Positions 1 through 7,486 of a stretch of 13,102 nt of DNA are shown here, piece after piece. A program made the translations under genes and the position numbers. Within the stretch, counting starts at the first letter, position 1. Each line of letters opens with the position of its first letter. The DNA is taken from the NCBI GenBank assembly GCA_043824255.1, contig JBDRTG010000012.1, positions 1 to 13,102 on the forward strand, written 5' to 3'. The DNA comes from a bacterium (GTDB lineage: Bacteria > JAHJDO01). Below the pieces are notes generated by a model, which ran no database searches, had not been told where the DNA came from, and worked only from the letters and a program-made list of their open reading frames with translations.

Positions 1-4
1 GCAT
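1..4 (-). CDS. Probable start of a divergent gene running off the left edge; product unknown
   Basis: The minus strand reads AAAAGGA-AAAGTC-ATG (RBS at 11-17, ATG at 4-2), downstream of a near-consensus leftward promoter. Only the start codon is visible. Confidence 0.45.
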
Positions 5-81
5 GACTTTTCCTTTTTGTTTTGGTTGTAACTTATTGTTTAAGAGCCAGTTACATTATATCAAGGCTGGAGGAAAAGTCA
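4..81. repeat. Nested inverted repeats: TGACTTTTCCT (4-14)/AGGAAAAGTCA (71-81) enclosing TGTAACT (27-33)/AGTTACA (49-55)
   Basis: Perfect 11-bp and 7-bp reverse-complement pairs read directly from the sequence. Confidence 0.75.
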
Positions 82-82
82 A
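55..82 (-). promoter_or_regulatory. Sigma70-type promoter, leftward
   Basis: Minus strand TTGACT (82-77), 16-nt spacer, TATAAT (60-55), with an extended -10 TGn immediately upstream of the -10. Confidence 0.75.
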
Positions 83-105
83 GAAATTAATGTTCGTAAC
101 TTTCT

Positions 106-124
106 GTCTAACAGTGAGTTGTGA
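106..124 (+). other. Candidate attI-like simple site
   Basis: GTCTAAC-AGTGA-GTTGTGA: an RYYYAAC box and a GTT with CTAA-N6-GTT spacing, as I recall for attI1. It lies between a divergent promoter and the first cassette-like gene. The motif is short and could be chance. Confidence 0.3.
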
Positions 125-168
125 ATTTTACAGGAGACTATCAAACAAAAACAAAGGAGGTAAATGCT

Positions 169-627
169 ATGAAAAAACATGTTGTCTTAATGGTAATTGC
201 AATGATGATCTTTGCGCCGCTATCTGTGATACAAGCGGAAGAAGTAACGAAAACGCTTTTATTAGGTAAAGCGGAAACTAACCTTTGGGAATCAGCGGCT
301 GCTGTTTTTTTTCACATCGCTGACCATGCTCGTGCTGATCAACGTATCGCACTAAATGATTATGACGATGATGTAGAAACTATTGAACGAGTTATTTCTC
401 GTTTAGAGAAAATGAAACTATCCGGTAAAGAAGCATCAGATCTAGCTGATATCAAAAAAACATGGGGAACTGTAAAAGCAAAGGGCGATGCTTTGATAAA
501 AATTGATATTGAGAAGGAAAAGAATGTTCATGCGCATGACTCAGAGATGCACGCTTACTGGTTAAGCGTTGAGAAATTGGATGACAAAATTGATAAGCTC
601 ATGGAGGCAATGGCAGGTTCACACTAA
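169..627 (+). CDS. Secreted hypothetical protein, probably all-helical (four-helix-bundle-like), 152 aa
   Basis: AAAGGAGG RBS before the ATG at 169 (preferred to the GTG at 121). Sec signal peptide MKKHVVLMVIAMMIFAPLSVIQA|EE, amphipathic helices, no further TM segment. Confidence 0.8.
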   Translation: MKKHVVLMVIAMMIFAPLSVIQAEEVTKTLLLGKAETNLWESAAAVFFHIADHARADQRIALNDYDDDVETIERVISRLEKMKLSGKEASDLADIKKTWGTVKAKGDALIKIDIEKEKNVHAHDSEMHAYWLSVEKLDDKIDKLMEAMAGSH

Positions 628-674
628 AATTAATGAGGAATTCGTATAAAAGAGCTAAAGGATAGGAAAAAAAC

Positions 675-743
675 TTCTAAAAATCAGCTGACTCTACTTC
701 ACCCCTTCAGGGCTTCGTAGGGCAGCTGATTTTTACGTTAGGC
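675..743 (+). other. Degenerate attC-like integron recombination site
   Basis: 13-bp perfect inverted repeat TAAAAATCAGCTG (678-690)/CAGCTGATTTTTA (723-735), unpaired A at 691, inner stem CTCTAC/GTAGGG, apical CCC..GGG hairpin, canonical R' GTTAGGC (737-743), then RBS and ATG of the next gene. The R'' side (TTCTAAA) is mutated or shortened. Confidence 0.6.
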
Positions 744-775
744 ATTGAAAACTCGACAATAAAAAAGGAGGAAGT

Positions 776-1759
776 ATGAAAAGGGCAAAGATGACAGTGT
801 TTGTAGTTCTTCTGAGTGTAGCGTTTTTTTGTCTGCCTGCTTGTACGCAGATTGAAAAGCTGAGAAATTCGTCGGCTCAGGACCTGCTTATCAAGAGTGA
901 AGTCGAAACAGCGGTCAGCATGCTTCAGGCAATTTTCACAAAACATCAACAGGGGGAAATGACCCTTGAGCAGGCAAAGAAGTTTGGTGCCGACCTTCTG
1001 CGGGAACTTAAGTACGGTACCGAAGGATATTTTTGGGCCGATACGACTGAAGGCGTCAATGTGGTTTTGTACGGTCGAAAGGATGTGGAGGGGAGGAATC
1101 GACTTGAGGACAAGGATCATCAGGGCACATTCTATATAAAGGAATTTCTGGCAAAAGGCAAAGCTGGTGGCGGGTATGTCGAGTACTGGTTTCCGAGGAA
1201 GGGACAGACCACAGCTCAACCAAAGAGATCATACGTGCTCCTGTTTAAACCATTCGGATGGGTTATCGGTAGTGGATACTACATCAAAGAGATCAACTAT
1301 AGTAATTTGAGTATTGAATCCTCTCAAAAACTTCTTAAAGAAATCAAGAAATTGGGACCTAACTTATTAATGAATGTTGATAGTTACAACATTCTTCTTA
1401 ATGAACTTGGAAAATACAAAGACGAAGGGATAGTTATCAATTCTTTAGATGGCATTACTATCGAAGCCAATAGGAATTATCTTAAAATGCTGGGATATAT
1501 GTCTGAAGAAATTAAGTCCATTACTTATCAGGAACTCACACCTTCAAAATGGCACGCAATGGAAAATGATCTTTTTAAGAAAGTTATGAAAACAGGGTAC
1601 TCAGGCGTGTATGAAAAGGAATACATTAGAAAAGACGGAACCGTATTTCCAATCCGTATACAATCGTGGTTGATAATGGACGAAAATCATAAGGCATCTC
1701 GTTTGTTCGGCATTATTCAAGACATATCCAGCCACAAAAAAACAAGAGATCATGAATGA
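776..1759 (+). CDS. Lipoprotein with single Cache (sCache_2-like) domain fused to a C-terminal PAS domain
   Basis: AAGGAGG RBS and lipobox LPAC (Cys23). Cache motifs YGTEGYFWAD, GGGYVEYWFP, PKRSYV, WVIGSGYY. PAS/PAC motifs IEANRNYLKMLGY and YEKEYIRKDGTVFPI...GIIQDIS. Confidence 0.8.
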   Translation: MKRAKMTVFVVLLSVAFFCLPACTQIEKLRNSSAQDLLIKSEVETAVSMLQAIFTKHQQGEMTLEQAKKFGADLLRELKYGTEGYFWADTTEGVNVVLYGRKDVEGRNRLEDKDHQGTFYIKEFLAKGKAGGGYVEYWFPRKGQTTAQPKRSYVLLFKPFGWVIGSGYYIKEINYSNLSIESSQKLLKEIKKLGPNLLMNVDSYNILLNELGKYKDEGIVINSLDGITIEANRNYLKMLGYMSEEIKSITYQELTPSKWHAMENDLFKKVMKTGYSGVYEKEYIRKDGTVFPIRIQSWLIMDENHKASRLFGIIQDISSHKKTRDHE

Positions 1760-2690
1760 AGAACAAGTATCTGTGGAAAAGATATTAACAGAACATGATT
1801 ATGATTACGAAGGTTTTGTCGACTACGTCTATGACGGTCACACCTACAAATTATGGTACGGCAGAATTGGCTCCGGCAGTGCGCCGGCTGCGTTGGTTCT
1901 GCACGGCGGTCCGGGAGGCAGTCATCATAATCTCGTAGCGTTTCAGGCGTTGGCTGATGAACGCCCTGTGATCTTCTATGACCAACTGGGATGTGGAAAA
2001 TCAGACCGTCCGGATAATCCGTCTTTGTGGACTGCTGAGCGATATTTTGATGAGGTTCAGGCGGTCAGGGACGGTCTGGGACTGAAGAAGTACCATTTGA
2101 TCGGTCATTCATGGGGAACTACCCTTGCTGTTGGATTTGCTGCCAAACACCCCGACGGCATATTGTCCATTTCTCTCCATAGCCCGGTATTGAGTTTTCC
2201 CTATTACATCAATCATGTTGCCCCAAAACTTAAGCAGGGCTTGAGTTGCTTGAATGGAGAAGCCGGGCAGATAATTGATGATTATGAGTTGAGGGGGGTA
2301 GGGATAAAGAGCAACTATGACGAAGCTTGCATGGAGTTCATCAAGCGACATGTGACACGCACCTGGCCATTACCTGAGGCGATGAAGAAGTTGATTGCTG
2401 CACGAAATGCTGCAGTCCACAACGTTATGGTTGCAAGTGATTCGGAGTTGAATTTACCCGGGAATCTAAAAACGGTAGACGTAACCTCTCAACTGTCCAG
2501 GCTGGATGTCCCTGTTCTTATAACCTGCGGAAGCGACGATTTGTGTACGCCTGTCTTTACTGAATGGCAGGCTGACTTTGCCAATGACCATCAGTATCAT
2601 GTCATACAGGGAAGTGCCCACATGACTCCTGTGGACAGACCCTTGGAACTCATCAGGATACAAAGGGCTTTTATCGCGTGCATCGAATGA
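1752..2690 (+). CDS. Proline iminopeptidase / L-amino-acid amidase-like alpha/beta hydrolase (peptidase S33 family)
   Basis: LHGGPG oxyanion motif, YDQLGCGKSDRP, nucleophile elbow GHSWG, acid in GSDD, His in SAHM. Confidence 0.88.
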   Translation: MNEEQVSVEKILTEHDYDYEGFVDYVYDGHTYKLWYGRIGSGSAPAALVLHGGPGGSHHNLVAFQALADERPVIFYDQLGCGKSDRPDNPSLWTAERYFDEVQAVRDGLGLKKYHLIGHSWGTTLAVGFAAKHPDGILSISLHSPVLSFPYYINHVAPKLKQGLSCLNGEAGQIIDDYELRGVGIKSNYDEACMEFIKRHVTRTWPLPEAMKKLIAARNAAVHNVMVASDSELNLPGNLKTVDVTSQLSRLDVPVLITCGSDDLCTPVFTEWQADFANDHQYHVIQGSAHMTPVDRPLELIRIQRAFIACIE

Positions 2691-2735
2691 GGTAAACTGA
2701 GCCAGTGAAGCAGTTTGTTAGGTAAGGAGAAAATT

Positions 2736-3173
2736 ATGGATAAATTTTTAGAGGCTGCAATTGAGGAAGCGAAAAAGGGGATGGCTGAGGGTGGTGTTCC
2801 TATCGGATCGGTACTCGTTATCGATGATCAAATAGTTGGGCGCGGTCACAACCAGCGAGTACAAAAAGGAAGTGCGGTATTGCACGCAGAAATGAATTGT
2901 TTGGAAAATGCGGGACGAATTAAAGCATCAGATTATCGTCGAGCAACGTTGTACTCGACATTATCTCCCTGTGATATGTGCAGCGGCGCAGTGCTTCTTT
3001 ATAGAATTCCAAAAGTAGTTATTGGAGAGAACCGTACATTTTGCGGGCCGGAAGATTATGTAAGGTCGCGAGGCGTAGAAGTGGTGATTATTGATAACCA
3101 AGAATGTCGTCAGCTTATGGAGACGTTTATCAAAAATAATCCAGAGCTGTGGAATGAAGATATTGGTAAGTAG
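2736..3173 (+). CDS. Cytosine/nucleoside deaminase, Zn-dependent CDA fold (yeast Fcy1-like), 145 aa
   Basis: AAGGAG RBS before the ATG at 2736. Motifs EGGVPIG, GRGHN, HAE, TLSPCDMC and C-terminal WNEDIG. Confidence 0.9.
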   Translation: MDKFLEAAIEEAKKGMAEGGVPIGSVLVIDDQIVGRGHNQRVQKGSAVLHAEMNCLENAGRIKASDYRRATLYSTLSPCDMCSGAVLLYRIPKVVIGENRTFCGPEDYVRSRGVEVVIIDNQECRQLMETFIKNNPELWNEDIGK

Positions 3174-3191
3174 AATGCCACATAACAAATA

Positions 3192-3989
3192 ATGGTAAAA
3201 ATATTAATGTTGTTGCTTGCTGCTTATGGTCTTCCTGTAATTTCCGGATGCAGATTTGCACCCGCGGACACACCGGAGTATAAAGAATCAAAGGCGATTA
3301 TAATCGCCAAATACGTCCGTCGCGTTCCGAAACAGTGGGCGGAGAATGTTCCCGGAGTGAAAACAAAACTTGATACAGATTATAATGTGCTCGCGTTAAC
3401 GTTAGACGCGTGCGGCTCAAAAACTGATAGTTATGACGCAAAGCTGATAGACTATCTTATTAAGGAGAAGGTTCAGGCAACACTGTTTATAAATGCAAGA
3501 TGGATAGACAAGTTTCCCGATATATTTGACAAGCTCGTAGCAAACCCGCTTTTTGAAATAGAAAATCATGGTTTAATGCATAGACCCTGCTCAGTAAACG
3601 GAAAGTCCATTTACGGTATCGAGGGTACGAAAAACGTTAGCCAGGTGGTTGATGAAATAGAAAAGAATGCTTTGAAAATAGAATCTCTTACGGGGCGCAA
3701 GCCGAAGTTCTACAGGTCGGGAACCGCTTATTATGATGAGGTATCGGCGGAGATAGTGAATGAGCTTGGTTATGAGATAGCCGGTTTCAGCGTGCTTGGT
3801 GATGCGGGAGCAAGCTATCCCGCGGAAAAGGTGAAGGAAGCCCTGCTCGAATCTCAACATGGTGATATTATAATATGTCATATGAACCACCCTGAAAAGG
3901 AAACCGCAGAGGGAATAATAGCCGCGGTTCCGGAACTTAAGAGTAGGGGATTCAGTTTTGTTAAGCTGCAGGATTACAAGTTGAAATAA
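3192..3989 (+). CDS. Polysaccharide deacetylase (CE4/NodB family), probable lipoprotein
   Basis: Lipobox-like ISGC. Motifs ALTLDACG, ATLF, IENHGLMH, FYRSG and GDIIICHMN. Confidence 0.88.
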   Translation: MVKILMLLLAAYGLPVISGCRFAPADTPEYKESKAIIIAKYVRRVPKQWAENVPGVKTKLDTDYNVLALTLDACGSKTDSYDAKLIDYLIKEKVQATLFINARWIDKFPDIFDKLVANPLFEIENHGLMHRPCSVNGKSIYGIEGTKNVSQVVDEIEKNALKIESLTGRKPKFYRSGTAYYDEVSAEIVNELGYEIAGFSVLGDAGASYPAEKVKEALLESQHGDIIICHMNHPEKETAEGIIAAVPELKSRGFSFVKLQDYKLK

Positions 3990-4036
3990 GCGAGAGCAGA
4001 AGTTATATCTATGATGACAGAAGTCAATCAGTCAGC

Positions 4037-4774
4037 ATGAAAATCAATATAAAAACGCGAATTACTTTACTTCTTATTTTCGTACAGTTATTAGGCTGTT
4101 CAAATAAAAATATCGTTAATTCTAAACATGTTGATAAAGCCGATATATCATATAAAAGTGCTGTTATTGATAGCATGATTGCAGAAGAAGATGAAATATC
4201 AAACCAACTTATTGATATTAATGAGAAAAACGACTATGTCTGTTGGGAAAAAATTAATGGTCATAAATATGTATTAACTGTTACATGGACCAAAGATATT
4301 AACAATTATAAAAGAAGTAAAATTATAAAAATCTTCTGGGGAGATATATGGGTAACCATCGTTCCTGAAATTCAAAATTGGTTTAATAATAATTATAAAA
4401 ATGAAAAACTAAATTTAAGAACAGAACAATTATTAGGGCTTCCTGAAAATAGCGGATATTCTCATTTTATAGAATTATGGGTCAGTCCGGATAATTTATT
4501 TCGTCCCAGTCCAGACAATGAAATATGGGATAAATCAGCCCAATTAGAATTTCCTAAAAATACTGAGAAACCATATATAAACTGGTTTAATAAAAAATTT
4601 ACTTCATCCTATTATTCCACCAAGCAATACCCTTGGACTCGATTAGGATATACATATGACTGGAACCCAACCACTACAGAAATAGGTCTTTCTGAATTTG
4701 TTATACGAAAAGATTCTATTGTAATTGTAAATTCCATACAGTCAACAAATGATTATCTTCTCAAAAAGAATTAG
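4037..4774 (+). CDS. Hypothetical lipoprotein
   Basis: 245-aa ORF with lipobox LLGC. Motif-like segments EQLLGLP, LFRPSPD and YPWTRLGYTYDW. Very AT-rich. Confidence 0.75.
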   Translation: MKINIKTRITLLLIFVQLLGCSNKNIVNSKHVDKADISYKSAVIDSMIAEEDEISNQLIDINEKNDYVCWEKINGHKYVLTVTWTKDINNYKRSKIIKIFWGDIWVTIVPEIQNWFNNNYKNEKLNLRTEQLLGLPENSGYSHFIELWVSPDNLFRPSPDNEIWDKSAQLEFPKNTEKPYINWFNKKFTSSYYSTKQYPWTRLGYTYDWNPTTTEIGLSEFVIRKDSIVIVNSIQSTNDYLLKKN

Positions 4775-4814
4775 TAGCAGTAGTAGATTTTTGGTTTTGA
4801 TCAAGCTTTTTTAT

Positions 4815-5474
4815 TTATGCTTTTTTTAACAGCTTTTTTCTATAAGACTCTGCTTTAAGATTATTAATCTGTTTAGCTTCTTTTTTTGTAAAAATTTTCA
4901 TTCTGCCCAGTGACTTTGCCGCTACGAACGTTTTGCAGGCATCTTCAATGAGAAGTGTTCTATAATAAGCTTCCACTAAATTCGAGCCAACAGTCAAGAG
5001 TCCATGATTACACATCAGAACGGCGTTATGTTTTTTTATAACTTTTTTTATTTCATTTGCCAGATCTTTGGTTGACGGACATACATAGTTTATAGTTGGG
5101 ACATCAGAATCCACGAGTGCAACAAAATCTGGGGTAAAAGGTCTAAGCGTTATGCCGAGCATTCCGACGGCAGTAGCAATAGGAGGATGAGTGTGGATTA
5201 CTGCAGTTATATCTTTTCTTTCAAGATAACAACCTAAATGCATAGCGATTTCACATGTTGGTTTTTTACTTCCATCTACAATCTTACCTGTTTTTAAATC
5301 AACTCCGATATAGTCTGACACCCTCGCCTCTTCAAAACAAATGCCGCTGGCTTTCATATAAACAATATTACCAACCCTTGCGCTTATATTGCCGCCTGGA
5401 CCTACAACTAGTCCTTTATCAGCAATCTTCTTACCAATTTCCACTAAGTGTTTTTTGCTATTATCGTTTTTCAT
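4815..5474 (-). CDS. Class II aldolase/adducin family protein (FucA/AraD-like)
   Basis: GNISAR, KASG, PTCE..MH...Y, Zn ligands in HTHPP and NHG. The start overlaps the upstream gene by 14 nt. Confidence 0.9.
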   Translation of the reverse strand: MKNDNSKKHLVEIGKKIADKGLVVGPGGNISARVGNIVYMKASGICFEEARVSDYIGVDLKTGKIVDGSKKPTCEIAMHLGCYLERKDITAVIHTHPPIATAVGMLGITLRPFTPDFVALVDSDVPTINYVCPSTKDLANEIKKVIKKHNAVLMCNHGLLTVGSNLVEAYYRTLLIEDACKTFVAAKSLGRMKIFTKKEAKQINNLKAESYRKKLLKKA

Positions 5475-6666
5475 TTATCCTTTTTCCTTTCTCCTTGGTT
5501 CTTTGCCTTAAGGTATGATCATATAAAAAATACGCACCATCCATAAATGTTTTTCTGATAGGGCTTAATTCTTTGGAATTAAAATCATCAACAAGTTTTT
5601 GCCCAAACTTGTTCATCTCTGTGCCTGCTATTATAGGAAGATTAAATTTTCTTGCAATCTCCACAGCTTTATAGAGATTTTTCACTTTAACCCTTTTTTC
5701 CTCTTTATCCTTTATGTTGTAATTTCTATCAGGAATTATGTTCATCATTGAAATTCCCTTGCTGATTAATAAAGCAAGTAATTCCTCCAGTTTTTTCTCA
5801 CCATCAGAAAGCCCATTAAGCCACGTTGCGCATGATATTCCGCCTAATTCCGTTGTCATTTTATTTACTGTTTGAATCTCTGGAAAGGTCGCTGAGTCGG
5901 GTTTTATATAGGCAATCCCACCCTTTTTCATGAGTTTTGAACGAATTATTTCGCATAAAACATGGGGATTATCAAGACTATTATTGATATCCTCTTCTTG
6001 GACGGGAAGTTTTGATGTCCAATATCTGATGAAGCTTGCAGGGTTTTTAAAAACGGTCTTCGATTTATTATAAAAAGCTCTTAAGATGTGTCTTTCCGTG
6101 ACGTTACCATTGGGAGTCAGGGAAATAACATCTGTATCATATTTAACCCTGATGTCATCCAGATGTTCATTTAATATATCAACCATTTTCCTGGTTCGCA
6201 TATGTGCTCGATGAAACATATCAGTTAATATTTTACAAATAGGGGATTCAGGAGAGGGAAGTTTTGTAAATCCCACACCCATTAAGTAGTAGATTCCAGG
6301 CTCTCCGGGAGAATTTATCTCTTTATCTTTAAATTCCGGGATAAAAACTCTAGTTTCTATGCCAACAGATGCTCTTAGATTTAATAAGTCAGCTGCATAA
6401 AATAGCTCTTCAATTCCGTCCAGAACGTCAAAATCCACTATTTGGCAAAGTTTAATACCATTTTTCTTACATAGCCATGCTATCTTTATTGGTGAATAGC
6501 CATATCCATTGAATGAGAAAAAGCTATGACAATGCATATTTGAAATTTCTTTTTCCTCTACCCACTTAACTTTCCCATCTTTTTTAAGTTTGATAAGTTC
6601 TAAGAGAGCGTTTTTTCTCACGTTTTTATCAAAATTATCAAGATGGATTTCCAGTTCTTCTATCAT
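5461..6666 (-). CDS. PHP-domain-like protein of unknown function
   Basis: NMHCHSFFS (HxH motif), VDFD, GIE, NVTERHI and IIAGTEMN occur in PHP motif order. ATGA-coupled to the upstream SDR. Confidence 0.7.
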   Translation of the reverse strand: MIEELEIHLDNFDKNVRKNALLELIKLKKDGKVKWVEEKEISNMHCHSFFSFNGYGYSPIKIAWLCKKNGIKLCQIVDFDVLDGIEELFYAADLLNLRASVGIETRVFIPEFKDKEINSPGEPGIYYLMGVGFTKLPSPESPICKILTDMFHRAHMRTRKMVDILNEHLDDIRVKYDTDVISLTPNGNVTERHILRAFYNKSKTVFKNPASFIRYWTSKLPVQEEDINNSLDNPHVLCEIIRSKLMKKGGIAYIKPDSATFPEIQTVNKMTTELGGISCATWLNGLSDGEKKLEELLALLISKGISMMNIIPDRNYNIKDKEEKRVKVKNLYKAVEIARKFNLPIIAGTEMNKFGQKLVDDFNSKELSPIRKTFMDGAYFLYDHTLRQRTKEKGKRINEKR

Positions 6667-7457
6667 CTCATTTCCTGTCCACCGGTTACGTTTATGGCCT
6701 GACCTGTTATGTAAGAGGCCTCATCACTTACCAGAAAAGCTACTACATTGATAACATCGTCATAGGTACAGCCTCTTCCTAATGGGACCTGTTCAATATA
6801 TTTTTTTCTTACCTCTTCTTTTGAAATACCCCATTTTTTCGAATACTGGTCAAAGAGACTGTTTTTCCATAAAGGAGAATCAAGAAAATTACCAGGACAA
6901 ACTGCATTGACCCTTATGCCATAGGGAGCTAAATCCAGAGCAATACTTTGAGTTAGTCCTATGCCTCCAAATTTAGATGCAGCATATGCAGAATTTTTAA
7001 AACTACCTTTTTTACCAGATTTAGAGTTAATTTGTATAATTACGCCCCTCTTTAGTTTTTTCATTATCTTTGCTGCTTCACGAGCACACAGGAAATAGCC
7101 GATAAGGTTTACATCAAGCACTCTTTTCCATTCTTTAAGAGGAAATTCTGTTATTTCCTTTGCAATAAGAATTCCAGCATTACTGACTAATATATCCAGA
7201 TTCTTAAATTCTTTTTCAATCTTTTCAAACATATTGGTTACCTGGGCTTCCTGTGTTACGTCTGCTTCTATCGCAACTGCTTTGTTTTTATATTTTTTTT
7301 CTATTTCTCCAGCTACTTTTTCTGCATTTTTTCCTGATATGTCTGCAACAGCTACCAGACATCCCTCTTTTGCAAAATATGCTGCTACAGCCTCTCCGAA
7401 TCCTTGTCCTGCACCAGTTACTAAAACTGTTTTACCTTTCAAACTAGGTTGTGACAT
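6663..7457 (-). CDS. srlD: Sorbitol-6-phosphate 2-dehydrogenase-like SDR
   Basis: TGAGQGFG, NAG, IIQINSKSGKKGS, YAASK, FGGIGLTQSIALDLA, VPLGRGCTYDDV and INVTGGQ closely follow SrlD. GAGGAG RBS spacing favours the ATG at 7457 over the TTG at 7466. Confidence 0.85.
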   Translation of the reverse strand: MSQPSLKGKTVLVTGAGQGFGEAVAAYFAKEGCLVAVADISGKNAEKVAGEIEKKYKNKAVAIEADVTQEAQVTNMFEKIEKEFKNLDILVSNAGILIAKEITEFPLKEWKRVLDVNLIGYFLCAREAAKIMKKLKRGVIIQINSKSGKKGSFKNSAYAASKFGGIGLTQSIALDLAPYGIRVNAVCPGNFLDSPLWKNSLFDQYSKKWGISKEEVRKKYIEQVPLGRGCTYDDVINVVAFLVSDEASYITGQAINVTGGQEMR

Positions 7458-7486
7458 TTCATTCAAGCTCCTCTTATTTGTATTTT

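Noticed and set aside
3..269. 88-aa + strand ORF
   Set aside because: It spans the promoter region and overlaps the RBS-supported gene at 169 in another frame; no recognisable motifs.
1730..1760. attC remnant between the Cache-PAS gene and the hydrolase
   Set aside because: The genes overlap by 8 nt, and no core site or hairpin is visible.
707..3890. Minus-strand ORFs 707-1219, 2109-2351, 2466-2663, 2961-3188 and 3591-3890
   Set aside because: Antisense shadows of well-supported + strand genes, with no motifs.
3990..4036. GTTATAT at 4002-4008 and a TGAC/GTCA mini-hairpin as an attC remnant
   Set aside because: Not a strict GTTRRRY, no partner box after the gene, and too short to distinguish from chance.
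4775..4814. Terminator between the convergent genes
   Set aside because: T-rich, but only a TTGATCAA palindrome and no GC-rich stem.
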